Below, piece by piece: positions 1-10,823 of a stretch of 64,000 nt of DNA. Below the pieces are notes generated by a model. That model was not told the DNA's origin. It made no database searches and saw nothing but the letters and a program-made list of their open reading frames with translations. Source of the DNA: a bacterium (lineage in GTDB: Bacteria > Bdellovibrionota_C > UBA2361 > CALJRW01). The translations under genes and the position numbers were made by a program. Within the stretch, counting starts at the first letter, position 1. Each line of letters begins with the position of its first letter. The stretch covers positions 99,013 to 163,012 of the forward strand of contig JANNBC010000048.1 of the NCBI GenBank assembly GCA_031385045.1, written 5' to 3'.

Positions 1-1010
1 ACATCAGCTTCCCGATCTTTAAAATTAAAAAACCCGAATTCAGGATCCGGAATCTGCTCTAAAGCTATTGTCTGACAATCTATATCGCCCAATGAGCACG
101 AGCTAAGAATTTGATAAAGCTGTTTAACATGAACATAGGTGGCAAGAACTGTTGGCGCATATGTGATCTCTCTGTTAGGAAAAGAACTACGCACCTTCAC
201 AACAAAACTAGCTGGAGTTGGTGGATAACCAAACCCAACAAACTGTCCTTTATACTTAGGAAACTTTTTTAATAATTCAGGTGTAACTGTTTCCGTGGAA
301 GTAAAAATTTTTGGTTTAAAATTATACTGAGATAAAGCTTTAACTAAATTATTGAGATCAGGGACATATGCCATAGAAATAATGGTTTCAATTTTTTTTG
401 ATTGAAGTCGCTTCACTTGGGTTAATACATCATCCCCATAATTAAACTCAGCAACTTCATATTCTGGAAAAACCATTCTAACACCTTCATCACAAAGGTC
501 TCCAAACTCAGAAATTGGCTTAAGATGGGCAATTGCTTTTACTCCCCCTTGCTTTGCTCTCTCCGCCAATAATTTACAACCTTCAATATAATTTAAATAA
601 GTCTTGAATGCATAACGATTACTACTAAGAATTGACCTAGCGGCTGCTGCATATAAAAGAATCTTCTTCTGTTGCTCTACTAACTCCGATATCGCAATTG
701 AGGGCGCGGCAAAATCAGAAAAAACGGCATCGACATGATCAATTAATAATGCTTTCTGCGCTACTGCGATTGCCTCTTTTGGTTGCAGCTTGGAATCATA
801 AACAAACAATTTTAGTAATTCTTGATTCTGATTAATTTCCTTTGCTGCTTGATCTGCACCTAAAACCGTCTGACTACCCCAAAATGCACCTGGCCCAGTT
901 AAGTCTGTAATGATAGCAATTCGAACCGTTTGTTTTGGTTCAGCTAAGACAAGTGATGTACTATGAAATAATAAGAGTAATAGAACACAAATTACTTGAT
1001 AGTTCCTCAT
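1..1010 (-). CDS. ABC transporter substrate-binding protein (LivK/type 1 periplasmic binding fold), 3' end runs off the window
   Basis: Not in ORF track. Own translation from ATG at 1010 (ATGA overlap with uppP stop): MRNYQVICVLLLLLFHSTSLVLAEPKQTVRIAIITDLTGPGAFWG...AAKEIN...VYDSKLQPKEA; signal peptide plus typical LivK-like N-terminus. Confidence 0.8.
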   Translation of the reverse strand, partial: MRNYQVICVLLLLLFHSTSLVLAEPKQTVRIAIITDLTGPGAFWGSQTVLGADQAAKEINQNQELLKLFVYDSKLQPKEAIAVAQKALLIDHVDAVFSDFAAPSIAISELVEQQKKILLYAAAARSILSSNRYAFKTYLNYIEGCKLLAERAKQGGVKAIAHLKPISEFGDLCDEGVRMVFPEYEVAEFNYGDDVLTQVKRLQSKKIETIISMAYVPDLNNLVKALSQYNFKPKIFTSTETVTPELLKKFPKYKGQFVGFGYPPTPASFVVKVRSSFPNREITYAPTVLATYVHVKQLYQILSSCSLGDIDCQTIALEQIPDPEFGFFNFKDREAD

Positions 1011-1798
1011 ATGAAAAGCAAGATTAGAATTCCAATAATTATCCGATAATACCCAAAAGGCTTCAAGGAAAATCGATTCAATAAAGCAATAAAAAACTTA
1101 ATTGCAATAATAGCGACCAAAAAGGATACCACGAATCCTACGGCTAATATTGGCAAATGCTCGGAGTGAAGAAAGCGCCAACTCTTATAAAGATCGTAAC
1201 CAACGGCAGCAAACATGGTTGGTACAGCTAAGAAAAATGAAAATTCTGCTGCTATTTTTTTTTCACAACCAAGTAACATTGCACCGACAATAGTGCTCCC
1301 AGAACGAGATACTCCAGGACATAATGCAAGACATTGGAATAATCCGATTTTAAGACAATCAAGATATGATAGTTGATACTCAGAATTTTTAGTCGGTTGG
1401 TTAATTAACTTTTCAATTACTACTAAGACGACCCCACCAAGAATCAGTCCAATTGCTACGGTTGTAGAATTAAATAAATGTTGTTTGATAAACTTATAGG
1501 CTAATAAACCAAAAATAAGCGCGGGAAATGTAGCCAAAGACAACTTAAGAATCCCCGACTTCCCTGAGAAACCTGATTTAAGCTTAAAATTCACCAAATT
1601 GAAAAATTTACTTCGATATAAGAAAAGAACAGCCAAAATGGCACCTAACTGTATAAACACAGAAAATGTATCTGCAAACTGACCTTCAAAATTAAGTAAT
1701 TTGCCTACTAGAATAATATGACCTGTACTAGATACTGGTAGAAACTCGGTTAGTCCTTCAATTATTCCTAAAATAGTTGCCTTAATAAGATCCGACAT
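1007..1798 (-). CDS. uppP: Undecaprenyl-diphosphate phosphatase
   Basis: GIIEGLTEFLPVSSTGH and PGVSRSG motifs, AAEFSF. Confidence 0.97.
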   Translation of the reverse strand: MSDLIKATILGIIEGLTEFLPVSSTGHIILVGKLLNFEGQFADTFSVFIQLGAILAVLFLYRSKFFNLVNFKLKSGFSGKSGILKLSLATFPALIFGLLAYKFIKQHLFNSTTVAIGLILGGVVLVVIEKLINQPTKNSEYQLSYLDCLKIGLFQCLALCPGVSRSGSTIVGAMLLGCEKKIAAEFSFFLAVPTMFAAVGYDLYKSWRFLHSEHLPILAVGFVVSFLVAIIAIKFFIALLNRFSLKPFGYYRIIIGILILLFI

Positions 1799-3219
1799 TA
1801 AACTCTTGATACCCCATCCAACTTAGCCTGATTCATCACTGCCTCTGTCACCTTACTCGCAACCATAGGATTAAAAACATTAGGGATAATTAAATGTTTA
1901 TTTAGAAGTTCAGGAGCAATACTATCTGCGATTGCTCGTGCCGCCGCAAGCTTCATACCCATAGTGATTTTACGAGCACGACAAAGCATTGCACCCTTAA
2001 TAATCCCTGGAAAGCATAAGACATTATTTACCTGATTAGGATAATCTGAACGCCCTGTGGCAATAACACCAGCGATATCTGCAATTTCATCTGGAAAAAT
2101 CTCTGGTATTGGATTGGCAAGAGTAAAAATTAATGGATTTTTATTCATCGTACTAATCATCTCCCGTGTCACAACTCCTGGTTGTGAGAGCCCTAAAAAC
2201 ATATCTGCGCCTACCAATGCGTCTCCCAACGTCCCTGAGATATTATCTGGGTTAGTGACCTTAACGAGCTCTTCTTTCATCGAATTCATTCCCTTTGTTC
2301 GTCCTCGATAAGCTATCCCCGAGGTATCACAAGCTATAATATTCTTAGCACCAGCCTCTAATAGTATTTTAATACAGGCGACCCCTCCAGCTCCAAATCC
2401 ATTCACAACAATTTTTAAATCTTCCAACTTACGATCTAAAACCTTCAGGGCATTATAAACCCCGGCTAAAACTACTACCGCAGTTCCATGCTGATCATCA
2501 TGAAAAACAGGAATATCTAGAGCTTCAATTAGCCGTTCTTCAATTTCAAAACATCGCGGGGCAGAAATATCTTCTAAATTAATTGCCCCAAAAGTTGGCG
2601 CTAAATAAATAATAGTTTTAATGATTTCTTCAGTATCTTTTGTATCTAAACAAATTGGAAAGGAATTAACCCCTGCAAATTCCTTAAATAAAACCGCCTT
2701 CCCTTCCATAACAGGCATTGCTGCGGCTGGACCAATATCACCTAGACCCAAGACTGCAGTTCCATCCGTGATTACAGCTACACAATCATTTTTAATAGTA
2801 TATTGATAAGATTTCTCAGGGAACTCGTGGATTAACTGACAGACTCTAGCCACACCAGGAGTATACGCCCTAGATAATTCATCACTATTTCGTATCTTTA
2901 GTTTTGGCTGAGTAGTTAACTTACCACCTTCATGCATTTTTAATGTATCATCTTGCCAAGTTAGGATTTGAACAAAATCAAACTTTGAAAAATGTTTAAC
3001 AATTTCTTCAGCACTCTCTGTACTTTTGGCATTAATGGTAATCTTACGAATTGTACTCTCAAAATCAGAACTAACTAGCTCCACTTCAGCAATAGAACCA
3101 CCTAGCTCAGCAACTTTTGATAGCAACAACGCAAATTTACCAATAATATTAGGAATTTTAACTGTCACCGTTACGGAATATCCAGCTGAAGGAATGGCAA
3201 AGGTCGAAGAATTATGCAT
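1798..3219 (-). CDS. NAD(P)-dependent malic enzyme with N-terminal ACT-like domain
   Basis: [51 protein letters not shown] motifs. Confidence 0.95.
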   Translation of the reverse strand: MHNSSTFAIPSAGYSVTVTVKIPNIIGKFALLLSKVAELGGSIAEVELVSSDFESTIRKITINAKSTESAEEIVKHFSKFDFVQILTWQDDTLKMHEGGKLTTQPKLKIRNSDELSRAYTPGVARVCQLIHEFPEKSYQYTIKNDCVAVITDGTAVLGLGDIGPAAAMPVMEGKAVLFKEFAGVNSFPICLDTKDTEEIIKTIIYLAPTFGAINLEDISAPRCFEIEERLIEALDIPVFHDDQHGTAVVVLAGVYNALKVLDRKLEDLKIVVNGFGAGGVACIKILLEAGAKNIIACDTSGIAYRGRTKGMNSMKEELVKVTNPDNISGTLGDALVGADMFLGLSQPGVVTREMISTMNKNPLIFTLANPIPEIFPDEIADIAGVIATGRSDYPNQVNNVLCFPGIIKGAMLCRARKITMGMKLAAARAIADSIAPELLNKHLIIPNVFNPMVASKVTEAVMNQAKLDGVSRV

Positions 3220-3464
3220 AGATTTTGAACAATAAAATCAACAGGCCAATAGGATTTATGTAAAAAAAGCCAACAGATAAGCGCTTGGGGCAATTTTTAT
3301 ACACTACTCTAGGGCATTAAAATCCATAATCTATTAACATATTAATAGAAGAAAGCGAATTGCCAATTTAACTTGTATTTAAGCCTAAATAAAAGTTGAA
3401 TCTTCTCTCTTGACGGTCTGCTTATTAACTCTATTATTAAAGGAATGATCAATTTAAAAAAAGT

Positions 3465-4652
3465 ATGAGCCAAAAATATTTAAAAACAAATTTATTTACT
3501 TCTGAATCTGTTTCTGAAGGACACCCTGATAAAATCTGCGATCAAATTAGCGATGCTATTCTTGATGCTTATCTTAGAAAAGATCCAAACAGTCGCGTTG
3601 CCTGCGAATCCTTAGTAAAAAACAACAACGTTGTGATTGGTGGAGAGATTACCAGCAGTATCTCGATAGATCACGAACAAATTATCAGAGAAACAATCAA
3701 TAACATTGGCTACAATGATTCAAAGCTTGGCTTCACTGGAGCGTCTTGTGAAATCATTAAATTCATAAGCGAACAATCACCTGAAATTAGCATGGGCGTA
3801 TCTGAAGGTGAAGGCTTACATCAAGAACAGGGTGCTGGCGATCAAGGCCTGATGTTTGGCTTTGCATGCAATGAGACTGAAGAACTGATGCCAATGCCAA
3901 TATCATTATCACATAAGTTACTTTATGAATTAGCTAGAAAAAGAAAAAATAAAGAAGTAAATTTTCTACAACCTGATGCAAAATCTCAAGTAACTGTTCG
4001 ATACGAAAATAACAAACCTAAATCTATTGATGCAATTGTTATCTCTACCCAACACAACGAAGAAATCTCCCTAGATGATTTAAAAGAATATCTAATCGAG
4101 GAACATATCAAAAAAACCATCAAGGAAGAGTACTTAACTAAAGAAACTAGATACTACATCAATCCTACCGGTAAGTTTGTAATTGGTGGTCCAGTTGGTG
4201 ATTGTGGATTAACTGGACGTAAAATTATTGTAGACACTTATGGTGGGTATGGAAGACATGGAGGAGGCGCATTTTCGGGTAAAGATCCTTCGAAAGTCGA
4301 TCGCTCTGCCGCCTATATGGCAAGATATATTGCAAAAAATATTGTTGCAGCTGGACTTGCCAAGAAATGTGAAGTTCAACTTGCCTACGCCATTGGAGTT
4401 GCAGATCCGGTTGGAATTTATGTATCTACTTTTGACACAAGCGAATTCCCTGAAGAGCAATTTGCCTCAGCAGTAAGTGAAATCTTCGAGCTAACACCAA
4501 AAGGTATTATTAAATCTCTAAATTTACTAAAACCAATATACCAACCAACTGCTTCATATGGACACTTCGGAAGAACCCCAACCAAGGAAGGACTATTTAG
4601 TTGGGAAAAAACTGATAAAGTATCCGATCTTCAATCTTACTTTAAAATTTAA
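3465..4652 (+). CDS. metK: S-adenosylmethionine synthetase
   Basis: [28 protein letters not shown] motifs. Confidence 0.98.
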   Translation: MSQKYLKTNLFTSESVSEGHPDKICDQISDAILDAYLRKDPNSRVACESLVKNNNVVIGGEITSSISIDHEQIIRETINNIGYNDSKLGFTGASCEIIKFISEQSPEISMGVSEGEGLHQEQGAGDQGLMFGFACNETEELMPMPISLSHKLLYELARKRKNKEVNFLQPDAKSQVTVRYENNKPKSIDAIVISTQHNEEISLDDLKEYLIEEHIKKTIKEEYLTKETRYYINPTGKFVIGGPVGDCGLTGRKIIVDTYGGYGRHGGGAFSGKDPSKVDRSAAYMARYIAKNIVAAGLAKKCEVQLAYAIGVADPVGIYVSTFDTSEFPEEQFASAVSEIFELTPKGIIKSLNLLKPIYQPTASYGHFGRTPTKEGLFSWEKTDKVSDLQSYFKI

Positions 4653-4663
4653 TAACTAACTAT

Positions 4664-5590
4664 CTACTTTGCGACAAATAAAACTGGGCGATAAGTACCG
4701 GGTGGAAATTCAGCATTAAGGTTTCCATTTCGATACTGCTCTGAGGCATTCTTGAATGCAAAATAGATCTTGAAGTACCAGTCAACAAACTTAGCCCATC
4801 TGACTGAACAGATAGAAAGAATCCTAGGTCGTTTTTTATTAAAATTGCTTTGTTTGGTATTTTTTGGCAAGGATCCTGGTTGTTTTTTTAGTAATTTATC
4901 GCGCCCTACAAAGCCAACTCCATTACTCATTCTGCTTTGTACAATTTCTCTGATTCGCACTTCTAGTTTTTGAATCATCAATTTTTCATACTCATTCTGA
5001 GTAAGACTCTCATACCCAGGCAATCTTTTAAATTTTAATTGAACAGTGTAAGTATAATCTTCAATCCTAACATCATGAGACCATCTTTTCTTCTCATTAT
5101 AATCTTTCCATTTCACCACCTTAAACTTTCGTACTATCCCCCTGATTGAATCATAAAAACAATTATACCCGGGATAATCTTTAATATGCCTCACCAATCC
5201 ATCCTTAACCGGCTGTAAGACAGTATAAAAAAAATATTCTTCAATATCATCAGCACCAGGCGTAAACTCATTGGAGTATCTTCTAGCAAAGAGATTACTT
5301 CCTGGAAATTGACCACAACGTCTACTTACAGCACGAGCAATTGAAGCATTAAGATCTCTCATAAAACTAGCCCGATTGGAATTAGGAAAATGTGCCAGCT
5401 CATGATGATGATTCCCCTCAATCGCAATAGCATATAGATCTACATTATAGATCTCAGAATACTTAGCAGTGTATGCCAAGATATCCTGTTCTAGCTGAAA
5501 ATTATTAATGAACCATAATTCGGAGTTCCTTGTTCTCGTCGTACAAAAGGAAGCTATTTCTGATGATTCAATTCTAGGATGATAAGACAT
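4664..5590 (-). CDS. REP-associated tyrosine transposase (RAYT)/Y1 HUH transposase-like protein
   Basis: N-terminal FCTTRT, HUH motif in AIEGNHHHE, FMRDLN...FARRYS, catalytic-Tyr-like YTVLQPVKDGLV, C-terminal FPPGTY. Confidence 0.75.
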   Translation of the reverse strand: MSYHPRIESSEIASFCTTRTRNSELWFINNFQLEQDILAYTAKYSEIYNVDLYAIAIEGNHHHELAHFPNSNRASFMRDLNASIARAVSRRCGQFPGSNLFARRYSNEFTPGADDIEEYFFYTVLQPVKDGLVRHIKDYPGYNCFYDSIRGIVRKFKVVKWKDYNEKKRWSHDVRIEDYTYTVQLKFKRLPGYESLTQNEYEKLMIQKLEVRIREIVQSRMSNGVGFVGRDKLLKKQPGSLPKNTKQSNFNKKRPRILSICSVRWAKFVDWYFKIYFAFKNASEQYRNGNLNAEFPPGTYRPVLFVAK

Positions 5591-5647
5591 ATAGTAACAA
5601 ATAAATTATTACTTGCTTATCGACTTGATTATAAAAAAGTTGCTCTT

Positions 5648-6073
5648 CTAATTAACTACACCTTCAAAGTATCTGTTAACTTGATCTGTAGGCTCAATAT
5701 CTTTTGAATCATATGATACATGTCGACGATATTCATCTAATTCTATCCTATTGTTCTTGAGTAAATCATAGTTATTTTGAATAATAGAGTTATTATCTTT
5801 AATTTGCTTGTTTTGTTTATATTTTTTATACGCATACCTTGAGACAAGAACTGTCCCGGCACCTATCCCGGCACCAAGCCCGGCACTAGCTAATATATCA
5901 CCATCAGAGATTGCCGCCCCGACTAACGCACCAGCGCCTGCTCCAATTCCAGCACCTACACCTGTAGCAGCTAAAGTAGACATGCCTTGCTCTTCATCGA
6001 TTGTTGCGCAACCAACTAAGAGAACAAGTGAGAAGATAATAACTGTAAATTGATGAAATTTTTTAATACACAT
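5648..6073 (-). CDS. Glycine-zipper lipoprotein
   Basis: Lipobox LVGC followed by GAGIGAGAGALVG and GLGAGIGAG repeats. Confidence 0.75.
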   Translation of the reverse strand: MCIKKFHQFTVIIFSLVLLVGCATIDEEQGMSTLAATGVGAGIGAGAGALVGAAISDGDILASAGLGAGIGAGTVLVSRYAYKKYKQNKQIKDNNSIIQNNYDLLKNNRIELDEYRRHVSYDSKDIEPTDQVNRYFEGVVN

Positions 6074-6127
6074 ATATGTATTATCAAAGTTGACTTAAAT
6101 TTTGATTCAGATCAACATAATTTAATC

Positions 6128-6772
6128 ATGAAAAACAATTGTAACCCTTATTCTGACTTAATCCACGAATTCTCTGATACCATCTGGAATGGCCTAAACA
6201 ATCTACAACTAGCTGAAATTACAAGTAAATTAACTAGCTACAATGATATTTACCTTGAAATTGGCAGTGGCTCAGGAAATTTTTTAATTAATCTAGCTAG
6301 TGCTAATCCAGACAAATTATACGTTGGAATTGAGCTAAGATATAAACGTTGCGTTAGAACGGTGCAAAAAGCTCAAAAGTTAGCCATTCAAAATCTACTA
6401 ATTATTAGAGAAGATGCTAACTTAGTCCTTCCCCAACTTCTCCGAGAATCTATTAGTGGAGTTTATATCAATTTCCCGGATCCGTGGGCAAAAAAACGCT
6501 GGCTTAAACACCGCATGATTTCTATAAAGTTCCTAGATGAAACCTCTCGTATCTTAAAAAAAGATGGATTTATTAAGCTCAAAACGGATCATTCCGACTA
6601 TTATTACTCGAGTAGAGAGATCTTTCAAACTCACTCACAGTTTAAACTGCAAGACTTTTCCGAAGATCTACACAATAGCGACCTAAAAAAAACTAATATT
6701 CTTACGGAATTTGAGCAGTTATTTCAATCTAAACAAAAACAGATCTACTTTGTACATTTTACACGAAGCTAA
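6128..6772 (+). CDS. trmB: tRNA (guanine-N7)-methyltransferase
   Basis: LEIGSGSG, INFPDPW, LKTD, TEFEQ motifs; ATG at 6128 preferred over track start 6050, which overlaps the divergent gene. Confidence 0.95.
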   Translation: MKNNCNPYSDLIHEFSDTIWNGLNNLQLAEITSKLTSYNDIYLEIGSGSGNFLINLASANPDKLYVGIELRYKRCVRTVQKAQKLAIQNLLIIREDANLVLPQLLRESISGVYINFPDPWAKKRWLKHRMISIKFLDETSRILKKDGFIKLKTDHSDYYYSSREIFQTHSQFKLQDFSEDLHNSDLKKTNILTEFEQLFQSKQKQIYFVHFTRS

Positions 6773-7125
6773 TCCAAACAAAATACTTACCTCTTGACTG
6801 CTTTTCTAAGTACAACTAGTTGATTTATATCAAATTATTTCTCTCCCTCCCTTCAAAATTCAATTCTTAGCTAAAAGACTGAACATCTATTATAGAAAAA
6901 TTTTTATTTATATCTTTATCAGTCACTACTCAATTATAATAAATATTAGATTGAAGATTTCAGCTAGGCACATTTGTTTTGATGATCAGGGCAACTTTTC
7001 TTGGCTAAGATTCGATATAGAGAATAATGATTCAGAAGATAATTTTTGAATATTTAAAGAAGACTCTTTCATCATAGTAATAGAAGATTAACCGTAAAGT
7101 TAGTCATTAATTTCTAAGGTTTTAT

Positions 7126-7305
7126 ATGAAGAATAAAGTTATAAACAATAAAATTAATAAAGTTGAAACAACTATCGGTGAGCTTGTTGAAGCTGTAACA
7201 AAGATTGCGGCTGAACATACATCAAATGAGCAAGAGCAATACATGCTAGCGTCACAGGCGATGGAAGAGCTACTGAATGCGCAACAACAACTAGATTTTA
7301 ATTAA
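7126..7305 (+). CDS. Small hypothetical protein (59 aa), missed by ORF track
   Basis: MKNKVINNKINKVETTIGELVEAVTKIAAEHTSNEQEQYMLASQAMEELLNAQQQLDFN; AAGG ~8 nt upstream; coding-like composition in an AT-rich gap. Confidence 0.65.
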   Translation: MKNKVINNKINKVETTIGELVEAVTKIAAEHTSNEQEQYMLASQAMEELLNAQQQLDFN

Positions 7306-8113
7306 TCACAAATAAATCTGTTGAGATTTCTTTGTCAATCTGTGACTGCAAGTTACGGATATTAATTTTGACATCGTACTCCGGCACCTCCAGTTGAAGT
7401 ATCTTGGGAAGTAATTGGTCTTCAAATGTTGCGTAATTAAGAATCTTACCTTTTAATATTACCTTTTCAGAACCCTTCTTATAAATAAGAAAATCTTGAA
7501 TGAGGTTATCTTGATCAGCGTTCCAAAAAAATTGCTGATCTTCCGTATAGTATGAAAGTAGATTTTTATTAGAAAAAATCTTAATTGAATCTAGCAACCA
7601 ATTTTCCGGTGGTCTCCCACGTAGAATACTAAGAATCTCTTCTAAAGTTATTGGAATATGATAATATTTTTCGAATAAATCTTCAGTAAAAGCACCAACT
7701 TCTTCGGCATTTTCTTGAGAATCATAATAAACATAATTCTCACCATTTGATATAAAATAATTACTAACCCAGCCTGCTTGCAATGGATATGTTTCAACCC
7801 GAAACATATTTGGCGCTTTAAAAACCAAGCCCTGTCGAAAAGTATTAAAATTTTTGCCATATTTAAGACTAACATTAAGCAGAAATTTTGCACTTTCAAT
7901 AGATTGCTGATTTTTTAATTCTAGAATTTTGTTACTAAGTGCAAGAAGTTCTAGTGGGACTCCAGTCTGCTGTGGATAAGGCTGATAGGCTTTTGAAGTA
8001 CACGATGCTAGCAACAATAAAGCAAGCACCAGCATCCTAACTGGCCATTCATTAATTAAATTAGGCGCCAACTTAAACTGTCGACAGAAGAATGATTGAT
8101 TTCTTAACTTCAT
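7298..8113 (-). CDS. Lipoprotein of LolB/LolA-like (DUF4292-type) fold
   Basis: Lipobox LLASC (real start probably further in), beta-rich APNMFRVETY segment; directly follows a TPR lipoprotein, as lolB often does. Confidence 0.55.
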   Translation of the reverse strand: MKLRNQSFFCRQFKLAPNLINEWPVRMLVLALLLLASCTSKAYQPYPQQTGVPLELLALSNKILELKNQQSIESAKFLLNVSLKYGKNFNTFRQGLVFKAPNMFRVETYPLQAGWVSNYFISNGENYVYYDSQENAEEVGAFTEDLFEKYYHIPITLEEILSILRGRPPENWLLDSIKIFSNKNLLSYYTEDQQFFWNADQDNLIQDFLIYKKGSEKVILKGKILNYATFEDQLLPKILQLEVPEYDVKINIRNLQSQIDKEISTDLFVIN

Positions 8114-8132
8114 AAAAATGAATTGATACCTA

Positions 8133-9845
8133 CTATTTTGAAATCTTGCTCTTTAATCTAACTTTTAACTTTCGGATTTCACTACTCAGATCAGCCTGGT
8201 TAGCAATTAATGAGGATTTTAAATAATACTCTTGTGCCTTCTTAGTATCACCAAGCTCTTTAATAATATCACCATAATGCTCTAATAAGACTGGATCGTC
8301 AGGTAAAAACTTAAGTGCTCGATTCATTTGCTCTAAAGCAGCTGGATAATTTGCTTGTTTATAAAAAATCCAAGCTTTTGTATCGATAAAATATGCGCTC
8401 TGTGGGTCAAAAACTAAGGCCTGATCAACATACTGATGTGCGATATCAAGATGAGTACCTGCTTCAGCATAAGTAAAGGCAACAAAATTGAGTGCATCCT
8501 GATGATTTGGGTTTAGCTCTAAAATTTGAGCTAAAATTTCTAAACATTCAGAATCTCGATTTAATTCTTGGAGAACAACGGCATATTCAAACATTAATGC
8601 TTGCTCATTCGGAAACTTTTCTAATAAATCAGGTAATAAATCTTCTAAGACGCTAAACTTTCTTTGTGCGTGCAATAAGCGAATGTACACCAACCATAAT
8701 TCAAGATCTCCTTGATAGGTTTTAATCCCAACAAGTTCTTCCATCACCTTAGAGGCTTCAGGAACTTTCCGCATCTGTTGTAAGATCGTAACTGCTCCGA
8801 GCCTAGACTTTAAAAAATGAGGACTCTCTGCTGGAACACTCATGAATTCTTGGACGGCTAAATCATATTTTTTTAAATTATTAAAGAATGTTGCCAAATA
8901 AAACCTTACAGGGATGAAATCTGGATACATCAAGGAAAAGACTTGCAAGCTAATAATCGACTGATTTATGTTTTGTTGGCTAATAAAACTGCTTAAGTAT
9001 TTAAAATTATAATCTCGAATCATTTCAGGGACAGAACGAGTAGGTTCAATTAATGACTCTAAGCGTTCAGAAACTGCGGGATCTTGCTCGATCGATAGCA
9101 ATAAATCCCTTGCAAAGGCATGCTTTCTATTTTGAATCTTTGTAGTCTTGAGATAGTCTTGAAGCTCAGAGGTATTTTTAGATCTAATCAAAAACTCCAG
9201 ATATTCATTCTCTAAGGCGACACACTCTGATTCTAAAATATGACATTGCTTAAAAACCCGATTGGCCTCTTCTAGATTGTCACTTGCAGCATAGGCTTCG
9301 GCCAATAACGGTAATGTGAAATTACGTACTTTTTCGTTCCTAATCTTTGCTATTTCATCAATCAAACTATTAGCATCAGAAGTACTTCTAATTTCTCCAA
9401 AAAATTTAGCGATTAATAATTCATCGGCTTTGGGAAAAGCTTTAATTCCTTGATCAAAAGTTGTTTTTGCGAGTTCTTCATTATTATCTACTAAAAGTAA
9501 ATCTCCAAGGAGGATATAATCAATCAACTCTGGGTTAATACGAATCTTTTCCTGTAATAAATAAATAGATTCCTCTACTTGCTTTTTAGTTAGCGAAATT
9601 TCTAATAATCTTAGAATATAGTTCCCAGGATCTTCGTTATTGGCTTTGGCGGCTAAGCTTTGATAGTGCTGATAGGAACGCTCTAAATCTTCATTTTTAA
9701 AAGCCAATTCACCAACAAGAAAGTTATAGTATTGGGAGGACTGCGTCTGATACGATCTTGGTGGCTTACTTGGGAAAATTGCTTGACTACTGCACCCTGA
9801 GCATAGGAGCAAGAATAGCACGATCAGAATTCGGACATTATACAT
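8133..9845 (-). CDS. Tetratricopeptide-repeat lipoprotein
   Basis: Lipobox CSGC; C-terminal TPRs ALNFVAFTYAE, YFIDTKAWIFYK, LEHYGDI. Confidence 0.88.
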   Translation of the reverse strand: MYNVRILIVLFLLLCSGCSSQAIFPSKPPRSYQTQSSQYYNFLVGELAFKNEDLERSYQHYQSLAAKANNEDPGNYILRLLEISLTKKQVEESIYLLQEKIRINPELIDYILLGDLLLVDNNEELAKTTFDQGIKAFPKADELLIAKFFGEIRSTSDANSLIDEIAKIRNEKVRNFTLPLLAEAYAASDNLEEANRVFKQCHILESECVALENEYLEFLIRSKNTSELQDYLKTTKIQNRKHAFARDLLLSIEQDPAVSERLESLIEPTRSVPEMIRDYNFKYLSSFISQQNINQSIISLQVFSLMYPDFIPVRFYLATFFNNLKKYDLAVQEFMSVPAESPHFLKSRLGAVTILQQMRKVPEASKVMEELVGIKTYQGDLELWLVYIRLLHAQRKFSVLEDLLPDLLEKFPNEQALMFEYAVVLQELNRDSECLEILAQILELNPNHQDALNFVAFTYAEAGTHLDIAHQYVDQALVFDPQSAYFIDTKAWIFYKQANYPAALEQMNRALKFLPDDPVLLEHYGDIIKELGDTKKAQEYYLKSSLIANQADLSSEIRKLKVRLKSKISK

Positions 9846-9908
9846 GGTTTAAAAATCTTCAAAATTTAACTAAGTTGCTCCCCGACATCTCTGAGAATTT
9901 AGATTAAA

Positions 9909-10817
9909 CTATTTATAAAGCTTCTCGCCCACTCCAGCAAGCACCGCAGTTTTCCAGCGTCGATGGAACCAAAACCATTCTTCCGGGGCAACCAAAATCA
10001 TTTCTTGCAGATCCTGCGAACAGACATCTGTAATCTTGTAAATCTTTTCATTCATACCAAGCGATTTATCCTGATATAGCTCTTGAAATTCTTGAATTCT
10101 GATATTCAGTCGATATTTACCATCTTCTGTTGAATTCATGCAGAAAGATACCATTGGAAGCTCATATCTCGCTCCGACTAGACCTACTGCGGGGGTAGTG
10201 GCAGCATACTTACCAAACCATTTGATAAAAACTCCCTGACTCCGAACAACATTCTGATCAAAAAGAATTGCTACATCCATCTTCTCAGAAATCATTTTGA
10301 AAATTCTACGAATAGCCCCTTTTCTAGGAATTAGCTGATTACCACCCTTGCTACGTTGCTCATTCCACCAAAGATCTAAGGCCTCAGGCTTTAGCTTACG
10401 CGCGACAAAAGCGATTGGACCAAACTGGACGCAAAGGTAACGAAGAATGAACTCAAAACTACCAATATGACCAGTTAGAATTAGAATTGGCTTATCAGGA
10501 TATCTAGCTTTGAGATCTTTTAATTTCTGAAGATCGGGGCATTCAATATTCTCTAATATCCAGCTATCAGACAGTTCTTTCTGTCTTAGAACATCAACAA
10601 TACAACGCCCCCAAACTCGATAGGACTGATTTAGAATCTGATAGTACTCCTCAGGAGTTTTATTGGGTAATGCTATCTGTAAATTAATCAAAGCCGTCTT
10701 TCTTAAGTCTTTAATTAAGAAACCTAAACTTTTCAAAATTAAGCTAAAGATGCTAATTCTTAATGCCAGCGGCAAAAGATTGAAACAAAAAATTGTATTT
10801 TTAATTAACCAGTACAT
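9909..10817 (-). CDS. lpxL: Lipid A late acyltransferase (LpxL/HtrB family)
   Basis: TGHIGSFE (HxxxxE), FDQ, PEEWFWFHRRWK motifs. Confidence 0.88.
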   Translation of the reverse strand: MYWLIKNTIFCFNLLPLALRISIFSLILKSLGFLIKDLRKTALINLQIALPNKTPEEYYQILNQSYRVWGRCIVDVLRQKELSDSWILENIECPDLQKLKDLKARYPDKPILILTGHIGSFEFILRYLCVQFGPIAFVARKLKPEALDLWWNEQRSKGGNQLIPRKGAIRRIFKMISEKMDVAILFDQNVVRSQGVFIKWFGKYAATTPAVGLVGARYELPMVSFCMNSTEDGKYRLNIRIQEFQELYQDKSLGMNEKIYKITDVCSQDLQEMILVAPEEWFWFHRRWKTAVLAGVGEKLYK

Positions 10818-10823
10818 AATTTA

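Noticed and set aside
3220..3464. SAM riboswitch upstream of metK
   Set aside because: AT-rich region with no SAM-I/II consensus visible
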